63,572 nt of DNA, filler included, from Collodictyon triciliatum (GCA_043381765.1; 11 parts of 11 records of this genome joined end to end with filler, not necessarily neighbours in it); one strand, 5' to 3'. Counted from the whole stretch's first letter, positions 1 through 15,046 are shown. Made by a program: numbers and translations. Notes: generated from the sequence alone by a model not told the origin.

Positions 1-99
1 GTCCACATGTTTTGTTAGTTGTAGCAATATATCCCTCGTTGATTTTTCTTTCAGTCTGTGCGAGATATGGAGTTTTAGTCTCGATTCCTGTACTTCATC

Positions 100-255
100 C
101 GCATGGAGACTCCTTGAATCTCGGAGGATAAGTAGTTGGTGGTAATCATATAATGCATCCTGCGGTTTGTCCTGTGGCCTTGGTCTTGTGGTTGCACGAG
201 ATGCAAGACAGTGTTTAACCTCTCTCTCTCAGTCTATCCACAAGTCTCTCGATCT
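100..255 (-). mobile_element. 3' (ORF2 C-terminal) fragment of a non-LTR retrotransposon, same family as 43482-44240
   Basis: Reverse complement (GAGACTTGTGGA...CACAAGACCAAGGCCACAGGACAAACCGCAGGATGCA..TGATTACC) aligns by eye with ~44076-44225 (GAGACATGTGGA...CACAAGACCTAGGCTACAGGCCAAACCGCAGGATGCA..TGATTACC), which lies downstream of an RT fragment. Confidence 0.7.
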
Positions 256-709
256 GTACTGATTTACACGGTTCAGTGAACACAAACCATAAAGCATGAA
301 AGAAAATCCCGTTTATCCGTGGGTGGATTACATATATATTTGCATACTTTCCTCATGATAATCGAGATTGAAGCACAAATAGGGTGAAGATTGTCCAAAA
401 AACGATGGGGTAGAGCATCTATATCGAAATATTATTCAAGAAAGGTAGGAGACTGGAAGGTAGATGCGCAGATTCTATCGGATTCATGGTCTTCATCTAA
501 TTCCATCTCAAGAGAATTAGTATGTAGTATGAGATTGCCTGCGACAAAATTGAAGGATTTTACTTTATAAAAACAACCGATGTAAGAGCGCTATACTACA
601 ATTAATTTGTGAGGCATATCAAAAAATAAATATTTTGTTAGAGAGATGAGCCACTTAATAATCACACTCAATGGATATGGTATCGCTTTCGTTGCTTCTT
701 TTTCAGAGG

Positions 710-783
710 TCTGCTCGGAAATAAGCTTAAAAAACATTTCTATATCTGCTCGGAAATAAGCTTAAAAAACATTTCTATATCTG
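710..783. repeat. Perfect 35-bp tandem duplication
   Basis: TCTGCTCGGAAATAAGCTTAAAAAACATTTCTATA at 710-744 and 745-779, followed by a partial TCTG. Confidence 0.9.
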
Positions 784-890
784 TGAAGAAAAAGAAAAAG
801 AAAAACCAAAAATGAAAAATGAAAACCAAAAAAGAAAAAGAAAAAGAAAAAGAAAATAGAGAAAAGATAAAAGATATAAGATAAAAGATT

Positions 891-939
891 TTTTTCCTTT
901 ATTCGACTCAAAGTGTAGCGAGGTTATGTCATACAAAGG
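891..939 (-). repeat. Dispersed ~50-bp repeat copy (…CTTTGARTCGAATAAAGGAAAAA family)
   Basis: Reverse complement CCTTTGTATGACATAACCTCGCTACACTTTGAGTCGAATAAAGGAAAAAA closely matches 17164-17214. Confidence 0.8.
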
Positions 940-2929
940 GGCGGGATGGGAGCGCATGAGAGAGAGCAAACGCGAGTAAGAGAAGACATTATGGATAGGC
1001 TAGTACCGGAAACAAATCGGTGATAGCGAGTTGGTCAGGTGGGCGCCCGAAGTGGTTGATTGGTTGCGTGGGTAGCAGGGGTTGGATATGCTGTGTGAGA
1101 TATCGCACGACACATTCCCACATCTCTCTTCGCTTGCGGTGAGAGTAGCTGGGACGTGCGGGCTTACTTTCAGCTTTTGACTATCGGCGGCTCAATAATG
1201 CCTATAGTTTCGGCCAATCGACTCATTTTATACAGTATGTAAGGATTCGGACTGGTGATTTCATATCGAAACAGCTTGGAATATGGAATAGTCATCGAGA
1301 AATGCGGAGAGTTGAGTGTGTTTGACCGTCTTTGGTGTAAAAAAAAACTTAATACCTTCAGTCGTACAATAGAGAATCTTAACTGGTCTGTCTGGTCGAA
1401 TGGGATGAGCTCGTTGAAAAAATGCATTTATCCCGCCATTTGCTCAATACCAATTTTCTGGATTTCACGTCGTAATCGATGCGAGTGTGCAATTGGGTTG
1501 GAAATCATTTAGTAAGATATTTTAGTGTTCACACGTGCGATACAACCCATTCGATTGCACCCAAATTCATATTGATAAAAAAAAACTGATAGAAAAAAAT
1601 GAGGCATAGAAAATTTAGGATATATTCTTGATAAATAATCAAAAAATGATATGGGCGTATAAAATGATAATTAATCGATAGATATTTACTTGCGCGCCGC
1701 CATGTCCAAGTGATGTCCGTCCAAATAAAGGCTAGCGAACCAAGGCAACACCGCCCATCCTGCACAGAGCGAAAGCAAAAATATATGATAATTAATTAGA
1801 TATTGAAATACATTAATTGCAAAAAAATTATGTACCATAACAATCACTACGAAATATTCGTTAAATTGGGCGGTATGCTGCTACCAACAGCACGAAAGGA
1901 CAATGAGTGAATGAAAACACGCATTCATTTGTATGCATATATTTTGATGTCAGGTCGGAGCTAAACATTTACCACCAGGCAAGTTTTTTTTTGATTAAAA
2001 ACAAGTATCAGGCTGATTTATTCAACTATTTTTTTTCTTTTTCGACAGTCAGTCCCACCCCTCACAACACTTCTAAGTATCTATGTCCCTCACGAAACCT
2101 AACGCTCTTTTTGTGCGTTCTGTCACGCACATTCACTTAACAAATAAAAAGTATGCAAGACACTCACAAAAATACAGCACACTCGCCTGCACAGCCCCCG
2201 CCTCATTCTTGTCATGACGTCTAACCGAACGGATATTTCTGAAAAGCTTGCAAAGATCTGGTAGTTTCCCGAAATTTCTCTTTTAAAGGCTCCGTGATTG
2301 TACAGCTACTCCAAATTAAATTAAAAAATTAAAAAAAGTTAACCTTATACTAACCAGGGTTTTCCCGTTGACAGATAAATGAAATACAACTTTGGAACAA
2401 GTTTTATTCTCGTGACAAAAACCATGTTTGACAAACTAGAACAATTTGGTGTCTAATACAACACGATATATTTTCATTAATGTTGGAATAAAAAGACGCT
2501 TACAGTGATATGCGCAGATGGAGAAGCTTACAACACAAATTCAAGCGCCCATAAATCTGAAGCTTTGGATGAAACACACTTGCAGAAAAGCCATAGGAAG
2601 GGCACCGTGTGGCATCTCATCACTTCCTTTCCGCAAAATACATGAAATAATTGCAAACACATCCAGGCTCTGCAACTCTACTACATGTAGGCACACATAC
2701 ATACAAGATGGTACACGGCCAACATACTCCCTTCAGGTCGATATCCCGGATAGAACCTGCAACATTGAGAAACGCATAAAAACGAAGAATCAGCAAGTTA
2801 GTAAATTTTTTCATCTTTCACAATCCATCTCCTGACTACACTACATGAAACATCTCACTCAAACGACCCATTCCTGCTACATTCCCCTCAGAAAAAAACA
2901 CGGACTTCTTGACCACACACTTTGAGAGA

Positions 2930-3690
2930 AACATAAAAAATATCTTGGGCACAGCTGCCTTTGGTTTGGTCTCGAGGTGTAGTCGAAGGAGAGCCTCTTT
3001 ACCGTTAAGAAGAGTGAGTGGCATATCTCTCTTTGCAGTTGCCAAAGGCTCTGGCTGAGAAAAAGGGCAGCATCATGTTCGAGCTGCAGCACCACTCAAA
3101 CACCATGGCGTTCTACGACTTCGGATTCTGGGGCAACCACCAGCTCTTTCCATGGAGTCTGCAGAAGTCGAAGAGCTCTGCTTGTTCATAAAAATTACAT
3201 GGCACTTAGACGACATCACCTCGAATATGGCATGCATGTAATTCAAGGCCTTTTATACCTGCATTCACATGGCCGAGAGTTCATCCAGCACCGTGACCTC
3301 AAGATCTAAAACTTCCTGCTTGTGAACGGCATTTCCGAGCTGAACGACATCAGCCTTGTAAAATTGGCGCGTCCATCAACTCGGTGAGTGGCATCAAAGG
3401 GTCAAAGAACTTGTCACCGAGGCCTTTCGAGATTGAAAAAGGTATTGGGCTGCCTAGTGATATCAACTCGTATGAGATGGTCTTCTGGTCTATCTTGAAT
3501 AAAGCATATTAGTATGAGCCACCACTATAGAATGAGGTCAGCACAAGAGCCATGGGCGGTGAATTTCCTCCTCTCTCTCCAACCGCATCATGTCCTTCAT
3601 GACTCGCAGTTCTGAACCACAAACGCTGGGATAGAAAGTACGAAGCTCGCATCAATTCCCGACAGATCAAGGCTGAGCTCAAAGAGCGTC
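2930..3690 (+). pseudogene. Degenerate protein kinase (TKL-like) pseudogene with no evident introns
   Basis: Motifs recovered across frameshifts and stops: ILGTAAFGLV (G-loop), IMFELQHHSNTMAFYDFG, IQGLLYLHSHGREFIQHRDLKI*NFLLV (catalytic loop), PSDINSYEMVFWSIL (subdomain IX), KRWDRKYEARIN (subdomain XI). Confidence 0.75.
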
Positions 3691-5587
3691 ACCACTATCA
3701 ACCCGGTTGTAATCATGGTCACTCCAGGAATGGGCTTTGTCAGTGTCGCGGAAGCCGAAGAGCTTATCACTTATCTCGAGGAATAGTCCACTACAAAGTT
3801 GCGTCCAAATCTGAAAATACAAATGAGATAAGCAACTCGAGTTTGATATCCTCATCGACGAGCATGTGAGAGTTCTTATTAGAGTTCAAGATCTTCCTCA
3901 TGCAAGCTGAACAAATATTGGGGGAGACCAGACAGTGGCAAGCATGGCATTTCTCAACCATCTCTCATTCCATTTGTGATAATTTGCGGGTTTTGAGGCT
4001 TCTGCTCAGCCATTTGTTGATTTCCGTCCTTACTACCCATACATCCCTGAGGCATACGCAGCACAATAATTATTCTGACAGAAACTCTGCAGCTTTGCTT
4101 CTTTGTTGATATAATAGTAAGTGGGAAGGCAAAATAAAAAAAACTTTCATAACGCGTACATATGAACAAAAGCAGATTAAACTGAAGCAAAATCATCCAA
4201 ATAATTCCATAAATAGGAATAATCTAAAATATACAAAAGCGGATATTATATAGTATGATTAATTTTTTTTGGACATGATCTTTCGATTGATATATTTTGT
4301 TGCAATTATTTTATTGCATGTACCATTAATTATTATGTTGTACAAATTTCACAGAATTTCATTACATGTTCGGTATTCAGAATGCACACATTTATCACAT
4401 GCGCTAATCAAGAACAACCCACAAGTTCAAGGAATCGGGGCTACTGAATGCTATGATGATAGTAAAAATAGCTAATGACCCGAAACAGAACATCAATGTT
4501 GGTTAAAATGGCGCTAGTTATATAAAAGTTGCAGTGTATTTTGTTCAGCATTTGGTCTATTTCTTTGAATGGTTAAAGAATTGTGGCTAATTTATCACTC
4601 TAATTATGAAAAGAACAAAGCTTTCTTCGCATTGGTTCTTATTTACTGAATTATAAGTTTTATAATCTTATTTCGAAAAAATTCTAAGAATTCTCGTAGA
4701 AAACCAGTATCAATCAAATCTGGAAAATATAATTAATGTATTATTAAAATTTAAGGAAATTATGGAGCTGATAAGTATATTAAATATACCTAGCGCAATA
4801 TTCCATCTCATGCTTTTATTCTATTCTCGAACGCTTACTGCCTTCAATCAATGTTGTCGCTCTTTATCAATTTACAAAAGCACGCGAGTGGAGTATCGTA
4901 TCATATGTACATTAGATGCGACAATATTGCATGCCTTTCAATCTTTAATTAAAACAGCCCCACCGTCATCAATACTTTTACAAAAAAAAGAGGCAATTGT
5001 GCGCATTACAGATGGTAGATGGTGGATGGTTTGTGCCTGATGACTGAAGAGAAAAGACGGTTGAGAAATAGCGGAGACGATTGAATTTTGGGCGAGTGAG
5101 GCGACATATCGACAGGATATATGGGTGAATAACAGCGAATCTATTTGGAAATCAAGCATTCATTAGCCTCAGGTTTCCTAATTGCCACTTGCCATCATTA
5201 TGTAAACATATAAAGATAGCAAGAAAGCAATTAAGATAAAATGTCTACTTGATGTGATTTAGCGTATCGTCATCAAATATGGTGCATGATTGAAGAATGT
5301 TGGGTTGGAGACGCATGAGCCATCCATTGACTTTATGGAAAAAAACCAACATGGCTCCACAAAGTGCCTTTTTTTTCTGGACACCGTTTATGCTGGGTCC
5401 AAATATCTCTTGGATAAGCTGAAAGCTGCACTAATCCCGAGAGTGCATCGCAGAATCTCGCCCTAGTGTCACATAGATTTGGGATGAGAATTCATATAGA
5501 TGTTTGTGCTAAATAGAGTTGTACCCATTCTTTGGGAGACTTGATTATTGAAGAATAATGAATAGTTTTTTCACAACTCTACGTATT

Positions 5588-5687
5588 NNNNNNNNNNNNN
5601 NNNNNNNNNNNNNNNNNNNNNNNNNNNNNNNTTAATTAATTAANNNNNNNNNNNNNNNNNNNNNNNNNNNNNNNNNNNNNNNNNNNN
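5588..5687. other. Artificial scaffold-joining linker (N44-TTAATTAATTAA-N44)
   Basis: 100-bp spacer with stops in all six frames; recurs 10 times in the window. Confidence 0.97.
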
Positions 5688-5773
5688 GGGGGGGGGGTGA
5701 CGGGGGAGGGGGGACAACCCGTGTAAATCGCACCCCCCCCCCCCCCCCACATACACACGGGCATAGCAACAGC

Positions 5774-6445
5774 CTAACTCCCAGCATGGGGAGGCAGCTG
5801 CGGCGTAATCTGGACAAGGATGGGTTGCGATTGTGGCTGCATCTGTGGCTGTGGCTGTGGCTGTGGCTGTGGCTGTGGCTGTGGCTGCATCTGCATCTGC
5901 ATCTGTGGCTGAGCCCTCTGGCGCTTGTGGGGCTCGTGCAGGCCGCAGGCGAGGGCCCACTTGTCGATGTCTGCCTGGATGGCGTCGCGGATGCGCTTGA
6001 TGGAGGGCAACCTGCGGGTGGCGGCGAGGTATGCGTCGGGGCCGCCGACCACCTGGTGGCAGCGGGCAGTCCAGAGGGCGACGTCGCGCAGCAGGCCGAG
6101 GGCGCGCTCGTGGGGGGTCTCCGGGGCCGCGCCCGAGGCGGAGAGCAGCTCCTGCCGCATGCGCAGCCGCAGCGGGGTCAGCTGGTGCCGCGCGCCCTGG
6201 CACTCGTTCTCCAGCCCCTCCGGGATCGCCAGCGCAACGGCAAAGTCGCGGATGCTCTGCGGCCGCGACGACAGTGGCCCTCCCGTGCTTGGCGGTGGCC
6301 CCGCTGCGACCCCCGCCGTCCCGCCCCGCACCCCGCACCCCGCACCCAGGTTCAGGCTGAGGCTGCCAAAGGACCCCGCCGTCCCGCCCCGTGCGAAGGC
6401 CCCTTTGCCTCCGGTCCCTGTGCTGCTCCCTGCTGTTCCTTCCAT
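5774..6445 (-). CDS. GC-rich ORF of unknown function with QM/QP repeat tail (possibly a terminal exon)
   Basis: 223-aa ORF; much higher GC than its surroundings; candidate acceptor CCGCAG just upstream; no recognisable family. Confidence 0.4.
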   Translation of the reverse strand: MEGTAGSSTGTGGKGAFARGGTAGSFGSLSLNLGAGCGVRGGTAGVAAGPPPSTGGPLSSRPQSIRDFAVALAIPEGLENECQGARHQLTPLRLRMRQELLSASGAAPETPHERALGLLRDVALWTARCHQVVGGPDAYLAATRRLPSIKRIRDAIQADIDKWALACGLHEPHKRQRAQPQMQMQMQPQPQPQPQPQPQPQMQPQSQPILVQITPQLPPHAGS

Positions 6446-6839
6446 CGGATCACCTGCGGCCCGTGTTTGGTCTTGTGGGCGCTTTTCTTCTTTTTTTTTC
6501 CTTCTTTTTTCTCCTTTTTTCTCCTTTTTTCTCCTTTTTTCTCCTTTTTTCTCCTTTTTTTTCCTTTTTTTCCCTTCTTTTTCCTTCTTTTTTCCTTCTT
6601 TTTTCCTTCTTTTTTCCTTCTTTTTTCCTTCTTTTTTCCTTCTTTTTTCCTTCTTTTCCCTTCTTTTTCCTTCTTTTTCCTTTTCCTTTTTTTTTTTTTT
6701 TTTTTCCTCTTTCTTCCTCTTTCTTCCCTCTGGGAATGAAAATATGGTATTGGGGCCCTCTTTTTGTTGTCATGGGGTAATAAATGCTGCACGTCCGCAG
6801 AAAGGTGTGCAGCAAGGGTATATGGTTTTTTCTTTTTTC

Positions 6840-7620
6840 TAACATAGCCCGATGGGCCATTTCTCCATCTTCTCAAAGTCTTGCAAGTATCTCGCTTCCC
6901 ATTTTTTCCGCGATATTTGTGAATATCCTGTGTGAGCTGCTCGGCAAGTTTACCTTCGAAGTTCGGAGTCATAGTATGTTCTTCAGGCTATGCACCTTGC
7001 CTGATATTTCATCATTTGTTGAGGAGAGTTGATGAGATGTCAGACTCTTTGAAGGCGCGTATCTCCACGCGACAGCGCCTATCATGAACGACGGCAAAGG
7101 TAGGCATTTTCCCTCATTTTTTCTGTTCTTTGTCAAATGTAACGAGTGCATCATTCACACATATTCCTCCAGGCTTTGTCCAGTTGACTTTGCTTGGGGT
7201 AAAGTATTCACTGCAGGCCTTAAAAATATCAGTCCAGTTTACTCCCAGCGGTGTGTTGGATAGGTGCGCAACCTTTGTGACCGTTTTTGCTGGAATGGGG
7301 GTTTAATGGTGATTGAGGGGCTGGGAAGACCTCTCTTTAATGAAGGCAGCTGCGTTTTCTTTTCTTGGGAAGGCGTTTCTGAGTCCGAGGGCAGGGTTGT
7401 CCACCATAAGTGTCACGTCCTTCTCGTAGCACTTTCGGGCTTCCATTACAGCACGCAGATGCTTACACATATTCTTGAAGATTGTGAAAGCAAAATATTT
7501 TTCATACCCCGCCACGAAGACGGGTAATGCAGTCTTCGTCTTTGAAGAGTTCGTTCTCGATCGCACTTTTTGATAAGTGGTATGTCAAAATATGATTGAT
7601 TGGGAGGTTCCGTTTCCCGA
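6840..7620 (-). mobile_element. Decayed ORF with RRM-like segment, probably a non-LTR retroelement ORF1 relic
   Basis: One frame interrupted by stops: …KERSSQPLNHH*TPIPAKTVTKVAHLSNTPLGVNWTDIFKACSEYFTPSKVNW…NDALVTFDKEQKK*…; spacing resembles RNP2/RNP1; no introns. Confidence 0.4.
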
Positions 7621-7966
7621 TGCAAGTTCAACCGCACACGAGGCTGGCTGGCGCTACCGTCCTGTCCACTAGCTTGCTGGGATTCATGAGCGGTTTAATA
7701 AAAACAGAAGTGACAATATCGACCTCATAGCTCACTTTGAATCGAATAGAGGGAAAATAATTTTCGACCCAATGGCTCCCCTCAAAATCCACACAGCCTG
7801 ACTCCGTAAATGAATGCATGAAACCCTGCCCCGAGAAGTCTAAATTCTCACAAGCTTGATAGTCCCCTCCTGCACGCCCAAAAAGAAAGCGTAGTGCCGT
7901 GGTTCTGCTTCACAGAAAATAGACCCTGGCTCGACTGCACCCCCAATCCCGACAGCCAAAAATAGT

Positions 7967-8037
7967 TGTCCGTACCGGGAATCGAACCCGGGTCGCAAGA
8001 ATGGGAATCTTGCATGATACCACTACACTACACGGAC
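7967..8037 (-). tRNA. tRNA-Gly (CCC)
   Basis: GTCCGTGTAGTGTAGTGGTATCATGCAAGATTCCCATTCTTGCGACCCGGGTTCGATTCCCGGTACGGACA: 71-nt cloverleaf, anticodon stem CAAGA/TCTTG, loop TT-CCC-AT, A and B boxes, T5 terminator just downstream. Confidence 0.96.
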
Positions 8038-8319
8038 TTCCCCTTGCTGATGCTAAGGAAAAGATGCTATTTATATTACAGATAAGGACAAAAAAATTCT
8101 CAGCGCCCATTGTTTTTCTTATGAGTTGCAGTAATTTGTAATCTATCACCCCGCTTAATCCATCAAGTTTGCTATTTCACGCCTCGTTGCACTTTAAATC
8201 GAATAAAGAAAAAAAAAAGTTTGCTATTTCATAAAGCGTGTTACTGGATTTTTTTATTCCGAAATACACCGTTGGTAATGTGAAGTATGCGCGACATCTA
8301 TAAAATTAATTTCAAAGCT

Positions 8320-8516
8320 TTGTTTGTTTGTTTGTTTGTTTGTTTGTTTGTTTGTTTGTTTGTTTGTTTGTTTGTTTGTTTGTTTGTTTGTTTGTTTGTT
8401 TGTTTGTTTGTTTGTTTGTTTGTTTGTTTGTTTGGTTGGTTGGTTGGTTGGTTGGTTGGTTGGTTGGTTGGTTGGTTGGTTGGTTGGTTGGTTAGTTGGT
8501 TGGTTGGTAGGTTGGT
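8320..8516. repeat. Compound microsatellite (TTTG)n(TTGG)n
   Basis: Directly visible, immediately 3' of the eIF3g stop. Confidence 0.95.
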
Positions 8517-8517
8517 T

Positions 8518-10297
8518 TTATTTAGTGCTCGTATAGGATGACGGTTTTCTGAACATTCCTGAATTTGCTCTCTTGTAATTATCGTTGTCTGGATAGCAGT
8601 ATTTATTATTATTATTATTATTGTTTTAAAAAAGTGTAATTCTCTGAGAACAATGCTCAACTAATTTAGTATATGCCCTTGATACTCAAGAGTGTAAGAG
8701 TAAAAAAATGCAAATAGAAAGGAAATATATTATCGTAGTACACAAACTTTGCCCATCCGACTTCCAGAATCAAGTGGTCGTATCCGTAGCCGTTTAGCGA
8801 CATAGCCTTTTCAGCTTCATCTCTGTGAACGAAATGAACAAAGGCTACACGGCGGTTTGCGTACTGATTCTATAAATTATTCATTGGGAGAAAAATAAGA
8901 CGTAGATCTATTTGCCTGAACAACTAAAATGATAAATCGAAGTGATATGAGAAGAGGGGGAGAAAGTGCCCTTACCACATAGACCTTGGTCATCTGTCCA
9001 AAGCGAGAGAATAGCTCGCGAACATCAGAGTCTCTGGCATCAGGGCTGAGATTGGAAACACGGAGTACGTGTGTATCGCTTGTTAGGGAATCTCCTGACT
9101 TCCCAGCCTCCATTTGGTTGCGGATAGATGGGGGAATATATTTGCCGGGCTTTGATGTGGCAATATCGACAGCAGCAGCAGCAGAGGCCAACGGATTTCC
9201 AACAGCCTCGACTCTGTCAGCGAAGGGACATTTATTGGTAAAGTGGAGCCCAACAGCACCACAAATACGGCAGGTAACTGATATAATCTCAGGAGTTGGG
9301 ATGGGAGCAGAGTCGACCTGAGAAAGATATCAATAAGTGTTCGCTTCTTGTTGTTGATGTTTTTTCACTCAAAAAAGAAAAATACAATCATTTAAAGTGA
9401 TGCAATTGATTTATTTAGACATATATGGAATGAAGGATCGAATGTAGAAATATAGTAGTTCAAGCCCAAAGGGAAAGGAAGAAAAAGAAAGAACCTTAAC
9501 AACTGGTCTGATGTCCAAGGTAATTTCATCTCCAATATAGCTTGTAGTATTTTCTGTTGCTGGACTGTTTTTCGCAGAAAGGCCAAATTTAGCCCATTTC
9601 TGCGTGTATATTTTTTTTCGAAATAATACATAGATTTATTATATCAATAAAGTTGCTTGAATATGTTCTATTTTAAAAGCAAAAGGAAAAAAATATACTT
9701 TGAGATTTTCTGTTCTGTACGGGAACATAATTGAACGGAGTAGTCGAATGTAATTCAATGGAAAAGAAATTACTACCTTCCTGTCTGCGACACCGGGCAA
9801 TACCTTGGACTTCTTCGTCACCACATGAAACCGGCGTGTTATCTAAAACCATCGATCCATATTTACACCCCGATCAAAATTACGTTATACGTCCCAAATG
9901 GTGGAGGAAGAAGCAAGTGAGAGGCAGGCAAATATATAATGAAGTATGCTGGTCAGGAGGTGCGCTCTGGATCAAACCTTCACAACTTTGCCGTCTTCTT
10001 GCTTTTCGAAATGAACATATGACTTGATCCCTTGAGCATCGGGTCCCTCCACATAGTCTGAATGCAACGTGGTAAAAAAAAAAACAATAATAATAGTCAC
10101 TCTACCCCTGCATCGACACGTGAGAAAGCAACCCAACATATCATGGTAAAGTGTCCAGAAGGTTGCTAGATCACTTTCAAGAACAAGTATAAAAGACAGA
10201 GAAATAAATAAATATGAAAATCAAGACCTTGGTATGTGGGTGTTTCGGGTGACTCTGCTTCATCTCCCCAGTTTCTGGCTTTGGGTGCTTCAGCCAT
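8518..10297 (-). CDS. eIF3g: Translation initiation factor 3 subunit G (about 7 exons)
   Basis: Spliced product [13 protein letters not shown]…KWAKFGLS…[17 protein letters not shown] (Zn knuckle)…GKYIPPSIR…[23 protein letters not shown]…[36 protein letters not shown] (RRM); GT-AG introns keep the frame. Confidence 0.93.
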
Positions 10298-11284
10298 TTC
10301 AGAACAAACTACTTTAGTGGTACGAAGAGTCCAAACAAACAAACAAAAACAAAAAAAAAAAACAACTGATAAGCATAACGAGCGATGTGAAAAGAGACTG
10401 CCAGTAGGACAATATATGAATCAAGAAAAGCTAAAGCGATCTGATAAAACGATGAGTGCGCCCGCTTCAATTTGCTCGAGGTCATCCACTAACCACTGTT
10501 CCAAGTTGTTGTTGTTTTTTTCCTTGTTCAGAAAATGCAAAGGACGCTGTGTGTGCCCCTTCGCCTTCCTTTCTTTTTCTTCCTCTTCTCTTTTTTACTG
10601 TCCAGATAATTGAGCGTAGCAACCAGTTTTTAAGCTCGGGAGCCGGAGGCGATCACGTGCTCTGAAACAGAGTGATCGGGCTCGGCAATGAATCACGGTA
10701 CATCTTTTGTTTATGGGCTTCACGCACCTTTATGAACCGGTTTCTCTCGGAGCCTTTGCCTCTGTGTGTGACTTTACGAGCTGCCAACCTCTTTCGCTCT
10801 TGTGCGAGACTTGGTTTGTAGGGCGTGAAGCAGATGATAACAGAACAACACTTGCTGGGGTTGACCACATATATTTTAATGTGGAATTTATATATATTTA
10901 CTTATTTATTTCATAATTTATCTATTGGAACCCTCATTTATATGCAATTAATAAAAACTTTATTATAAACTAATTGACTATAATCTCCTTGATCGCTGAT
11001 TATTAGGGTGTTCTGGAATCCTTATTTCTCACCCAACGCGACCATGAACGCAGCCCCGCGGATTCCACCCCCTTGATGGGGGTTTACAAGAGAAAACTCA
11101 AGCCGCACGATTCAGCACCCAAAAGCTTTCCGAGGGAGAGACCTTCTACAATTCTAGTTGGCCTATTTATAAGCCCGGGTGGTATCGGTGGACTTTTTTT
11201 TTCTGTGTTCAATACTTTCCCTCCTCTAGTAACAAAAAACAAAAAACAAAAAACAAAAAACAAAAAACAAAAAAAAAAAAAAAA

Positions 11285-11384
11285 NNNNNNNNNNNNNNNN
11301 NNNNNNNNNNNNNNNNNNNNNNNNNNNNTTAATTAATTAANNNNNNNNNNNNNNNNNNNNNNNNNNNNNNNNNNNNNNNNNNNN
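11285..11384. other. Artificial scaffold-joining linker
   Basis: N44-TTAATTAATTAA-N44. Confidence 0.97.
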
Positions 11385-11568
11385 GCTGCTCCAGCAGACG
11401 CAGACGTGTGGCGTGTGTCAGTGTCTCAGTGTACTCGCCCACAAGGCGCACCACGCAGCCGGCCGGGTAGAGTCCCTTCTCCTGCAGTCCCGCTGCTCGC
11501 TCCACCCGTCGCGTCCGGTAGTGCTCGTAGACCACATTCTCGTCGTCAAAGTGAGGCTTGGTTGCCAT
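11385..11568 (-). CDS. Possible 5' fragment of an unknown gene, divergent from the TRIM-NHL gene
   Basis: GC-rich ORF MATKPHFDDENVVYEHYR… running off the scaffold end; no family recognised. Confidence 0.35.
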
Positions 11569-11818
11569 CCGTGTGGTTTTTGTGCAAAACCAAAGGGGTA
11601 AGTAAAGCTACGTATTAGTGCCACCTGAATAAAGCAGAAGGGATCGACCGATAGAAAAGCGTCGAAAGCCTTTGATGTTTTTATTTTCCGTCACGATTTT
11701 TTTTTCGATTTGTTTTCTTCAAAGTCTACTCACCAAGCACCCCAGCTTCGCAAACACACAGGACCCGCAAGGGAAGATCGGATCGGGTGTTGTTGCAAAC
11801 GTTTAAAGCGCCTGAGCG

Positions 11819-14638
<2,820 letters not shown>

Positions 14639-14955
14639 AAAAAGCGAAAAATTAATTGAAAAAAAGAAAAGAAAAGAATCACTTCCTTTCCATGATATGT
14701 TTTATGTCCATAGAATTCCCATCCAATCTTTTTCTTTTCTACTAGAAAATTTTCTAATGATATTGCTAGATGAGTGGGCAGTCATGTAGAAAAGGAACTT
14801 TGTTCTCACATAAAGTAGGTTGGGTGCTTCAAATTAGTGTGAGGATAATTAGAAACGAACGATGGTACAAATGTTCCTCGTTTTAATTCATGCTACCATA
14901 CCAATACAGTAATAGGAAGAGATGTTACATGCATTGAAATTAACACCTGCACCAA

Positions 14956-15046
<91 letters not shown>

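Noticed and set aside
5632-5643. Recurrent palindrome TTAATTAATTAA about every 5.7 kb
   Set aside because: Always centred in N runs forming a 100-bp block; an assembly linker with six-frame stops, not biology
10600-10870. Possible structured ncRNA (U3, RNase P or MRP-like words)
   Set aside because: Only isolated short motif resemblances; the required box order and pairings are absent
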